DNA of 43,341 nucleotides from Basidiobolus ranarum (Eukaryota): NCBI GenBank assembly GCA_040143965.1, contig JASJQH010006908.1, positions 1 to 43,341 of the forward strand, read 5' to 3'. Shown piece by piece: positions 23,871 to 35,600 of this stretch (position 1 is its first letter; each line of letters starts with the position of its first letter). The notes under the pieces were generated by a model. It saw only the letters and a program-made list of their open reading frames with translations, ran no database searches and was not told where the DNA came from. The position numbers and the translations under genes were made by a program.

Positions 23871-26800
23871 CTAGAAATAATCGGTAGTTAAGGTAGCTTC
23901 CAGTAAATCATTGAGAATCCGATCTTCAGTGGTACCAATTTGTTTGGTCATCTCTTTTTGTCGATTAATGGCGAGACTACTAAACAAAGAGAGTATATCA
24001 CCATCCAGAATATTCTTCACTGGATTCAATATATTTCGCTTCTTCGTTTGTACCAATCTAAATGCGAAATGATCATTGAGAATTGGGTGGTTTAGGTTTG
24101 GGTGGTTTAGTTTCAATGAATCAAGAATTATCATATCTGGAGAATTACCTATGGGCTTTGGGATTTAATCCAGCTGGATGTTGAAGCCCATTTACAAGCT
24201 GAGTATACAAGAGTTGCATACGTTTGTAGAGCTTCTCTGAAACTGGAACAATCATTTGGACGCTGCCGTCAAGTGTACCTACAAAATACGCGTCACTAAG
24301 TAAAGAGCCTCAAATGAACTTTAAATGTTTCTTGTTGTTACCACAGAGGCACAGATGTTGCCGTGAAGGGGTTGTGGTTCCGTCCTCCGAGGGAATGGGC
24401 TTTTTGGCGATACGTGTCATAGTTTGTACGCTAGCGCCACAGTGAAAGTCACCTCGTCTGATTAATTTTTGCCCGCTAAATGACTGAACGTTATAGGGAG
24501 AGTAACTAAAGAGATGAACATTCTTATCATTATCGGAGACCACAAAATTCAAGGTTTTGTCATCTATTAGGAAATTGGTGCACTGTATATCTAGTGGGTG
24601 ATAGTCCTTTCCAAGTAATACCAACTTAGCCGGCTCTTCCTGTAGAATTATTCCCATAAAATTCGGTTAATCATTGATACAATGGTAATTCTTTAGAAAT
24701 GAAGCTCAACTTGAAAAGCCAAGAACCAAATGCTTTTATACACATCCCCAATCAAAATCAAATTTTTGACTGAGGAAGCAGATGTAACATAAATCTGTAC
24801 ATCGATAAAAGCCACTCCAACTAGACTTTCATTATCTTCGAAACTACGAATGATAACCTAAGGAAGATCGTTAGTGACGTAAAGGCTGAGATGCACTATA
24901 TCAGTGGATCTTACTTTAGGCCCCACGCATGTAACTAAGTATCCATTAACATCGCATAGTGCAGACACGGATCCCTTCACCTCTTCCCTGTAGAGTAACT
25001 TCAGTTTGTGATTTGTTTGCGGATTATCAGGTTCGGGGACTACTTCGATAACATCAAATATGTAAATCTATTGGCATTTCGAGTTAAAAGAATATCTGAT
25101 TTCAATTTGAATAACTGTTTCAATGTTTCAAGTAAAAAGGATACTGCTCCACGTGCTGAGATGTCTTCTCCAGCCAATATCGAGGTTCCTACAGCAACAA
25201 AGTTCTTACGACCACTAGCTGTCTGCTTACTTTCTAATTCTACGTATTTTATACACATCGCATGCTCGTTCTCTCCAAATTCTAATCTAAAAAATAAACA
25301 TCTAAATACTCTATTGTTCTTGAGGCTGTATCTTGTCCACCTACTTGTCCACTGTTTCCCAGGTTACTGGTGAGACTAATTCTAAGGCGTATTTCTTAAT
25401 TTCTGGCAAGAATTCACCAACACCTGAATAAAATGGTTATCAGTTAATAGATTGTCGTGCAGCTATGACCATCAAAACAGCCTCTACCTAGCGGTGGCAT
25501 AGGAATGTTCTCATCCTTCAGCTGGAATGTTGTGGAGGTGGCAGTAAGAACGGCATGCTTCTGACTGAACAGATGATATATAATCCCTGTTACGCTTCGT
25601 CTTAAAGGTATCTTTCTAATTGGCCAATCCATGTCATAATTCATATACGGTTGCAGCTGGGATATTCTCATATCACCCTAAAACATTATAGAGGTAAATA
25701 CCCTGGGTAGAGATTGGAATTCTAGCCGGTTTATATTTGTTACCTTTGAATTGAAGTAGAGGAACCCGTGATGACAGTTGATGTTGTGAAATTGAGTAAA
25801 GCAGACAACATCACCATCAATAGGCATGGGATGAGCTCGTAGGAATCTTCTACTTGACATCATAAGCCAAGTGGGTCTTGAACCAGTGATAAAAACACCG
25901 CTATATCCCTCGATATTTGAAAATGGGATCATCTTACGACGACGGTGAGTCAACTGAGTCTTCTTTTTCGCCTCATTTTCCGTTCCATTTTCACTAACGA
26001 CACTATTATAAGCAGGATCTCGGGTAATCATATCTAACCGTGTTCTGGAAAAACGGAGAGCCAATCTCTTGCTAAAGTTAATCGGTTTGGAGGTTTGTCC
26101 CGAACCGGCCTCATTCGTCTCATTTGTAGAAATATGATGGAAGGGTTGATACACAGAAGTGTCACCCGCTCTGTTATGGGCCTGAACGATAGCCATCAGA
26201 ATTAGAATAAAAAATTCGAATGATTTTAAGTTAGATACACTTACCATGACATACGTAGAAGGTCGTTTCTTTCCTAGTTTTACCACTACAATTTGATCGA
26301 TTGGAATATTTTGGGAAGTTCCTAATGTACTTCTCTGTTGAGGAGAGTCAGATAATAGGCCGGGGGCGAGGTCAAAACGAGGGAAGTAGAACACTTCCTC
26401 AAGATCAGGAAGGGAGTATATCTGAGGAAATGACGAGTTAGTGAGACTGATATGTGAATCGGAATACATCACAACCATACCTCCAGGGTACCATTTTCTC
26501 TACATATAAGACACCAGTAAGTAGCTTTGCTATCGCCACGACTAATATTTTCTTCATTCAGAAATCCTGGTACACCATCCACATCCATTGACGGCTTATT
26601 ATCTTCTTTGCTATCCATTATTTCCACATCATCCTCTGCATCACCATAAAGGTCCATGTCAATATCATCCAAATCACCGTCAGAGGTGTCATTCTTTCTT
26701 TCTTGGGCTTTACTTTCACCCTGCTTTGTTTCTCTAAAAGCACTCCTATCCTCATTTGTCTCGAAAAGTCTTTGATTATCGGAAAATAAACAACAAGAAG

Positions 26801-29600
26801 ATATAGGAGTTTGCTTTGAAAACAGAGGCATGTTAGTTTCACACTTTTGAAGAACCCAGATTAACAATCCAAATAACAAACTAACATTTATATGAGTCGG
26901 AATTTGAAATACGGTGACATCTTTGGACTTGGGATCCGCTTTCAATAGAGTTACCTTACCATTACTGTAAAGAACGATGATATAAGGATCTATGATATTG
27001 GCTGCAACTATATACGTATCAAGAGAGTTATTCCCCACTGGAACAAGTTGTGTGAGTTTTCCCTCTTTTACGAAAATAAAGGTGTTAATAAATAGATGCT
27101 TTGAGTTCAAGATTGGAAGTGAGATCTTACCAGCATTAAGTAGTCTGATACCCGAGGAATAGACTTGTACTACACGCGTCTCATTCAATAATCCTCCCAC
27201 GGCAATGGTGGGCCCTTCAACAAAGAAATCAGCATTCTCAAGCTCCTGTAGCTCCTCGCCGGCCGAGAGTACCTGGAAAGTAGAGTTTAGAGATCTAGTT
27301 TAAATCTATCTCATCAATGGGTCATTTAATACTTACCATCGTCCGATTGGTTTGAGAAAGAATCAAAAATCTATCGAAACCTTCGTCTTCGTCGTCAGCT
27401 TCAGTTAAATGTCCTTTGAGTCCTCGGGCCGACTGTACTTGGACAATGCCTTCGAATATCACTTCTCTTTTGCATCGAGCAGACCAGATCTCTTGACAGC
27501 CCGGAAGGTTAAACGAACTTAAGATTAAAGGACGAATGTTTCTTTGCAGAACGGAGAGTGCGCCGTTCTTTCCATTTCCAGAGCAAAGAACAAGCTCGAA
27601 TGGCTTCTTATCGTCACTTAATTGAAACTGTAGAATGCAATAGATGTTTAGATAATCTGGAAGTGATATTCCAACCACTATTATGCCATACCTCTTCCTA
27701 AATAATTGATAAGAACCGTTGTTAGTTGCTGTTATCACTCACCCACATAGAATCATCGACATCTGCTCTAATGACTTACGGAAATATTGGCGGATTCACC
27801 GACAGACATGTCATTTACAGGCCCAGTATTGATCAAGTTATCGCACACTTGGAAACTATACATCGAACCGAGAGATGCAGCGCTATGGTTTTCTTCGTTC
27901 GTCTCGTCACTGATCTCATAATCGTTTCCATATAGGTCTGTTGTGAAGCAATGAATGTATGAGCTTCCTTGGCATAATACATAGATTCCAATGATTCTAA
28001 ATTACCAAGATCTAAATCCATAGCGTTGGATTTCTCGTGATCCTCACTTAAAGACTATGATAAACAAGTAAGATGAGAATAAGAATTATCACTGCGAATA
28101 TTAACATAAACTAACCATGGAAATAGGCTGAGATTTTTTTTCAAAATATTTAATTAATAGTGAATCTCCTAGTCTGGATCCTAAAAAGAAGTACTGGTCG
28201 AGAACTTTGCATGCACAAGATGGCAATACACTTGTACCCGCTTTAGCCATTCGAATACTTGATAAAGATCGACCGTTTTGAATTAGCTCAACAATGTAGA
28301 AATCTCCATTTTTCAATAAAATGAGTAATTTGTCGGAGGAGAGAAACACATGTTGCGATCCTTCCAGAGCAATCCCGAGCTCATGACGTTCTTCGAGTGG
28401 GAAGTTGGTGCACTTCGAAGCATGTCCATTGACTGCGATTCCTTGTCCAGGAGAACTCTGATCTACATGGATTAATGCATTTGCTGATACAACCAAGATT
28501 CCTCCGATAGGTTTAGGAACTGGAATCAACTTAATACAATCATAAGGCAAAGAATCAATCGAATAAATCACTGGATAAAGTTTCTTGGTCAGATCTAAAG
28601 ATACAACCACCATAGCGCAAGTATCTTTACGAGTCGAGAGTAGTCTAAAGAATAGTTTCAAGGGTGAATTAATCTCGGTTGGATGGTATAGCTACGTCTA
28701 AGCGGTATATTTACACAGTATTCGTTTGGATAGGTTCGTAAAGAATTGCAAGTGTGGGCTCATAATAATCTTCCAGAAAAACCATGTCTATGATGTTTCT
28801 CATATTCTTTTGAATCGAACTGCCATCGATCACAAAACTAGGTGAATATGGCCATTTACTTTAAAAAAGATATTAGTTAAGGAGAGAAGTGTAAAATTAG
28901 AAGTAAACAAACCTCTTACCTAGACACCTCTTCATCAACTAAGTGAAGTACTTCCTTCTGACGAAAAGGAAGAATCGCCAATTTATCACCATAAAAATTA
29001 AGTATGGCGCAACGATTGGCAGGATCTACTCTAACCTCAGTTGGGCAGTTATTGTGCATAAACTCTTTCTATTTTAAAGCCGATTGATGAATTAGGAGGA
29101 GAAAAAAGAAAATAGATCGAGCTAGTTTTACCCTAAAATCATCTCTTTCATAATAATGAATGGATACGGTAACAATATTGTTGGTTTCAGGAGAGAATTC
29201 TATTAATGAAAGCTATTTCAACCATATTAGAAGAATATTGTTAGTGGATTGTAATATAAACCGAAAATTTTCAAGAATCACTAGTTTCCATGTGATTTAC
29301 CTTTGCATCCTTGAAACTTAAAAGTAAACTGTCACCACCCGAAGAGACGGTCTTTACAACACCGATCGAAGCAATATTTCCATGTAACTTATATTGAGAA
29401 AATAATTCTAGTCGAGCCACTGAGATTTCAGTATTGGTTTGACTATCGGGTGCATGTTCAGTTACCACTGTAAAGATCTGAAGAATCGAGGTTTTCGCGA
29501 CAATTAAGTTGGTAACATTAGAGGATATGAAGTTTGCTTGTACAGCATGCTCAACCCCTGTCGGAGGAAAGACCTCGCGAAACAATGTGTACATGGACAT
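23871..29600 (-). CDS. CFT1: Cleavage and polyadenylation specificity factor subunit 1 (CPSF160/Cft1), more than 15 introns
   Basis: PPTGVEH, LLLSFKDAK, VRVDP.NRCA, YYEPTLAILYEP, LPYDC, YFFLGSRLGDSLL, CSGNGKNGALSVLQRNIRP, FHNINCHHGFLY, IFDVIEVVPEP, GLNPKAHR, ILDGD.L. Confidence 0.96.
25068..25144 (-). other. U12-type (minor spliceosome) GT-AG intron in CPSF1
   Basis: 5' GTATCCTTTTT, branch TTCTTTTAAC about 15 nt before TAG, no pyrimidine tract; phase 0 join ...ARGA|IYIFDVIEVVPEP. Confidence 0.85.
27692..27697 (-). other. 6-nt microexon (GAAGAG, Glu-Glu) in CPSF1
   Basis: Flanked by ACTAAC...TTTAG and GTATGG; introns 27698-27779 and 27628-27691; gives ANIS-EE-FQ. Confidence 0.8.
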
Positions 29601-29926
29601 TGCTACACCACCACTACGATTCAAACCAAGATATAGTCGATTAAATTGCACGAACCACTACACGTTGAATGCTTAAGTCGGAATTTTCATTCTAGGGTAT
29701 CCATATCACCCTAGGATGATTAGCTAATTCGAGTTTAGTTATTTTTCAGGGCAGAAACCGATGATTATATTACTTGATCAAAATTGTTTATTTAATATTT
29801 AACACACACAGTCCACACAGTATACATTTTTCTAAAAGCACATAAATCGGCAATCCGATATAACCGAGCCAGCAGATCATTTGTAAAAATTAAAGAAAAG
29901 AATTATCAATAGTCACCTGCACGAAT

Positions 29927-31968
29927 CTAAGAACTATACTCAGATTCAGTCAACTCTTCCTCTTCCTGATCAGATTCAAGGTCGCTTACTGAATCTGTGA
30001 AGTGGGGCTGAATCTTATATTCAGCCTCTTTCGGTGTCTCATCATCCTCTTGGTCAGCTACAGAGTCATTCGATGACTGTGCCGAATTCCGCTTGTTTCC
30101 TCTGGCTACATGAGGTAACTTACATTTCATATTCTCACATATCCCATTAGCAGAGAAGTCTGCACACTCCCATACGTGTCTTTCTTTACAGCTTTTGCCG
30201 TTGGGACAAAACCCTTCATTCATGAAAGCTTTGCACACAGGCGCATCAGGGTTAACCTTAACATGAAGATAAGGGCAATCTTGGTTAGTGCATTTGCCTT
30301 TTTGGAAATGGTAACACAAAGGCACTCTCTCAGGAGTAATATTATGTGAAAATGGGCACTCTTCGTCTTTACAAGCACCTCTCAAGAACTTGGTGCAAAT
30401 AGCCACGCGCTGAGGATCATGAATGAACGGGCATTTTGTGCCTTTGCTACAGCGGCCTAGGAAAAAGTGTTATAAATAGCATAAATATAAAAGCTGCTAG
30501 AAAATATCACTAGTTGAATAGCACAGTTACCAAATCTATTGAAATATTGACAATATTTGGACCGATCGCCGGATGTTGATAATTGTTTTGTAGAATATCT
30601 ATAAAGCAGTAAAACAACATAAACCAATATAACTAGAGAGCCTTCAATCGTTAAATTATGCAAATACCGGTGTTTGTAGTGTTGCTGAGTCGGATTTTTG
30701 TGGGCCACTAGATTGCCGCTCCTTGTTCTTTTGCTGAGAACATCTACATCAATCAATGGGTTAAATTAAAGAAAAATGAAAAATTGAAGGGAAGATGGTT
30801 GATACCTTGTTTCTTTCGAATGAGTCTCTGTCCAGATTGATCCATGACAAAAACAACCCCGTCTACGGTTACTTCATTTCCACTAACGCCTGTTGATGTA
30901 TTTATAATTGATAACACTCTTAAAAGTGGCCTACAAGAATTATAAAATTACCTTCTTTTGCGATTACCAGTTTATTTCCAGACGGACCTCGTCTATACTT
31001 GGTCCCGTCAATAAGTACTGAGGTTCCTTTGGGTGTGAGGTTGATGATATTTGGTTTCGATCTGTTCATTTCCTCCGTTCTAACAATGCAAGGATTATTA
31101 AATTTGGAAAATTGGGTTACGTATAAGACACAATATATAAAGAAACCTTTTAGCGTGAACAGCTGCATTAATGAGTTGCATATGTCGGCTTCTCTTTTGA
31201 ACCCACCCACTTTGCTGAGAATCAGGGTTCGTGGGGGTTTCAGTGGAGTTAGAAACTGGCTGTACAACTAATTTTCGATGTCTTGAAACTGGTATTTGAG
31301 CTTGGGACTGTAGTTATAGTTAAGAATGATACATTTCATTTTGTAACGTAAAGATTACACGAAATAATTATATAAAAGGATATTGTCCATTGATAGATGT
31401 CTATTTCCAGTCAACTTCATATGTCCATTTGGGGGTGCGTATAAAACACGTTTGGTGTCCAAACTAACTTGCGAATTGTCTTCATTGAAATCTAGTTTAA
31501 CAGGAATAGCAAGTAAAGATTCAAAGTTTTCTACCAGACATACCTTCGTTTAACCGGACCAGTTTATTGCCTTTGCGTATATAGTTGGGGTTTATCTCCG
31601 TTGTAGTGGTATTCTCTATAGAGTTATTTCCGGAGTTGTAGTGATTTGGCTTGGTACTATAAGATAAATTCTAGATTCTGTTATAATGCTAGTTCACAGC
31701 AAAGGAGTATAGAAAAGCTTTTATTTAAATAAGCTTGGCGGTAAATGCTTACTTTTCTAGGGGAGCTAGGGACACTATATGAAAATCTACTGGCTGGATT
31801 TCCCTCCATCTGCATTTTGTGTTTATTAATCGCACCTTTTGTGTCAGAGAAAATATCATTTCGAGTAATAAAGATGAGTTATGGTTAAAGGAAAAAGAAA
31901 AATTTTATTAACTTTAATATACCTGCTAGTAAAGCGATTTGTTCTAGTAATTCTTTATCAGAAGACAT
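29927..31968 (-). CDS. ZC3H3/Red5-like CCCH zinc-finger protein (five C-terminal C3H1 fingers), about 10 exons
   Basis: N-terminus MSSDKELLEQIALLAGAINKHK, RHRKLVV, WVQKRSRHMQLIN, YCQYFNRFG.C......CPFIHDP.RVAIC.KFL.G.C, RVPLCYHFQKG.C...CPYLHVKV...APVC..F...GFC..G..C...H. Confidence 0.88.
31310..31383 (-). other. U12-type AT-AC intron in the ZC3H3/Red5-like gene
   Basis: 5' ATATCCTTTT, branch TTCTTAAC, then TATAACT-AC; 74 nt; removal keeps the frame (…MD A|AG SQAQ…) into the WVQKRSRHMQLIN motif. Confidence 0.9.
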
Positions 31969-32699
31969 ATTGAAGATGGCAAGAAAGATAGAGCGACAAA
32001 GAATGGAGTATCTAGAATTTGTGTGGAATTAAATTTGATTTTTTTTAAGCAATTCAAATTACCAATCACGAGTATCACTGCATTGGATAAAAGACAATAT
32101 GTTCCGTAGACATATATATCTGTACCTGAGCTCATATATATAAGCATATATATTCTGAGTAGATATATTTTCGGCTCAAGCTCTAACACGTTTTTTTGCC
32201 AACAAGAGAGTGGCTTTGTACGAACACTTTGACAATAAAGTTATTTGTTTTCATTTCTATATTGCGATGATAAGTCAGAATAATCATCAACATGTATTGT
32301 CTGTGTAAAATTCTTTCAAATCACGTACAAAGTCAAAGCGTTCTGTTCTCAAAAGAATGTCGCGGAGAGCTTAGCTCACATGAATAGAAACCTGGTTTAG
32401 GATTAAATCAAAACCAAAATCAAATAACTTACAATTAATCAATCGATTTATCAAGTTGCCTTTTCTTAATTCTTGGGATTAATTTCATAATTCTCGTAAT
32501 CCTAAACTGCAAATATATCTTCAATCCTTTCGAAGCTTTCTGTTAGCTTCAGCTTTGAAGGAAATCATTGGTCTCATCTGATCGTTGAGTATACAACGTG
32601 TGTTCACGCGTACTCATCTCGAACTTCCCAGAGTACTTTCGAAGAACCTCAATCTATAGTGTTTCTCACTCCTAGTAGTTTATAGCGTGAAGTCTCGTG

Positions 32700-35600
32700 A
32701 TGACTTCCCACCACGAACCTAAATCTTTTTTAGATATTAATGAGCCACACAAACTCGCAGATAGTTTTCGTTCTCGTCACGTTCACTTTAAGGGCTTGTT
32801 CGCGAGTTTGTCTAAAGATGCTACCGAAACCAGAAGAGATGCGGTAGAAAAAACTAAAGAAGTCGCTGAGCGCGAAGCCAAAATCTTTAGTAGGGCCATC
32901 CAATGCGTTGAAAAGTTTGGTTGGCCCCTTCCGTACCATCCATATGTAAAGGATAATAACATGGACGCAGCCCAGTATTTTACCCAGATTCCCATACCGC
33001 AAGGGGGTGATTCTTATTCATCAACACCTAATCTTATGTCTCCTCATCCAAGTCAAATAATCTCAGTTAGTCAAGCAAGGTATGTTTTTATGGACTTCAA
33101 ATGATCGTCATCTTGGAAATTAACATAAAACCCCCATTTACAGCCCAAACAGAGATTCCCCTTCGCAGTCTGTAAGAGCTAATTTCCGCGAAAAGTCCTC
33201 TCATATGAGATCTTCGAGGTAGTTATCTAGATTTCTTAAAACTGACTGTTTATAATATATTTAAAAGAGTATTTTTTTTGATACAGTAATAGGCCTGATT
33301 CAAGAAGAAGAGTGGAGAATCCACAAACAAAAGAAGATATCGATCTTGTATGTTATTTTGGTTGAACTTTGTATGCCAGTATGTAATCACTAATTGCGAT
33401 TTTACTAGGTAATCACCGGTCTTATGGAAGCCATTGCCAAAATCAAAGTATATATGTAGAGCGATTATTGATTTCAGATTTGATTGCTAACCGTTCACAA
33501 TGGTATAGTCAATACCTAAATTCACTGAATTTTCTATCCCAACCGCCAAAGCCGGTAAGACTTTCGTCAAAACCGAGCCCAGGAAGACGACGCAAAGTAA
33601 TGAGAGAGAGGAAGGGGAAGCTAGTGATGATGACATTTACGCCAAGGGGTACGTACATTATCATCTTTCATTTCTAAGGCTTTTATTGACTATCCAATAA
33701 AGTGATAGCAAGGATGGCGAGAAGGTTGAAGTAGCTAGGTATGGTGCGAGAATAAGATCCAGCAAAGTACATTTCAATTGATCAATTTTTGGTTATACCC
33801 TTAGCAAACACAACGGGCACTCTGATGACGCGAAGAAAACTCCTGACGATTCGATAGAGTCGAATGACAAAGTGGAGGATATTAAGAGCGAAAAGTACGC
33901 TTTTATTACTTTTTCTACTCCTCATACTTATTTGATAACTCAACGTATAATTTCTGCTTTCTAGACCGAAGAGTAGATCAAAAAGACTTTTAGAGGAAGT
34001 CGACTCTGAGTCAGATGCAGCTAACAAAAGGCCAAAGACAAGCGGGAAAAGGTTCTCAGTCCAAATAATTAGTAATTTATTAACGATCTTATAACTTCAA
34101 CAATTAACCTGAAGATGCCTTGTTGTTAGAGGACCATCTACGAAACAATCCGATTCCGGTACGATATCTTCATTTGAAAAACCACGCTCAGTGCCCAAAA
34201 GGTGAGTCTTTTACAATTTTCATGCCCAGCCAACCATCTATAAGGTAGAATCTTCAACTCCTGCTGAACACGTATGTTTTGTCTAGCAAACCTATGTCTC
34301 TCCCTGAAGATAAATATAGCACTTCCAAGTCGCTAGTTGTAGAACTTAAATATCCAGATAAAGGGAATGGTGCCAAACGTGATGCAGTACCTAAGCGTAA
34401 AAATCGCGGTAGTTATTCTAGCTCGGACGAGAGTGATGTTGATTCAGAAAAAGATGGTAAATCACGACGATCAAAGCCATCGAAAGATTTGAAATATGAT
34501 GAAGAAAGAAAGTCCAGCAGAAAGGAGAAACCGGGTCGTAATCAATTGGTGGAAAGCGATCGTAATACTGATACCGAAGCCAAAAGGTCGAAACTACCAG
34601 TCAAAAGTAAAGCTTCATCTAGAAAATCACAGTACACCGACTCGGAGCTTGATTCGGACGTAGACGTGCGACCCAAGAAAAATTCCAAACCCCGGAAAAG
34701 CGTGGAGCAATATCCTGATGACTCTGAAATTAACACAGACTTGAATCTGAAGATTAAGGCTGCTAAAGCCGCTAGGCGCTCTCAGAACGAAGAGTCTGAC
34801 CTTGACCCTGAAATCGGCCTCAAGATTAAGAAACTGAAAAGCTCAAAGGCTAACGCTGCTGCCAAATCAAATCGCCATTGTGATTCTGACATTGAATCGG
34901 ACATTGATTTTAGGATTAAAAAAATCAAAGCTAATCGTTCTGGAAGAAAAGTTGATACTGACTCTGATTATGAACTTCAGCGCAGGAGACGATCTTCCGC
35001 CGACCCTGCTAGCAAAAAAATCAAAAGCGAGTATTCCATGGATGACGACCTTTCTGCAACAACTAAAAGTGATAGTAAGCCAAAGCGAAGTGTGTCGAGT
35101 CGTTCACCAAGGGCAACTAAACCTCTTAAACGTTCAAGCTCTACTGCCTCTTATAGCGATGAAAGTGAAGCCGAGAAAACTGGTGTCTTTGCTATTCCCG
35201 ACGTGGAAAAGAGAAGTAATACTTCCAAAGGGAATGGTAGACCTAATGTGAAGGATGTTGTGGATGATTACTCTGATCAAAAGCCTGGCTCCAGACGAAG
35301 CAGAGATGCGAATATAGATGGATCCTCCGATTCTATCAAAAGTAAATCCACTCAATCATCAAATACTCGACGAACAAAAGATAATGATACCTCGGAATCA
35401 TTCTCGGAACCTAGCAAAATCAAACCAGCAGCTTCAGCGCGTAGAAGTAAAGAAGTAGATCTTGATCACGCTAGCGAGTCATCGAAGCTCAAGCTCTCTC
35501 GTCGTCCAAAGGAAACTGATGTCCCCGAAAGTCCATCTCGGGATAGAGTCTCAAGATCTTCCGCCTCTCGCAAATCTAAAGAAGATGACAGTGAAGATGA

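Noticed and set aside
24084-24110. TGGGTGGTTTAG x2 in the last CPSF1 intron, telomere-like
   Set aside because: Only two copies and not TTAGGG arrays; a simple local duplication like those at 23811, 42496 and 42850.
29691-29713. CTAGGGT…ACCCTAG inverted repeat upstream of CPSF1
   Set aside because: A 7-bp stem is expected by chance in 43 kb.
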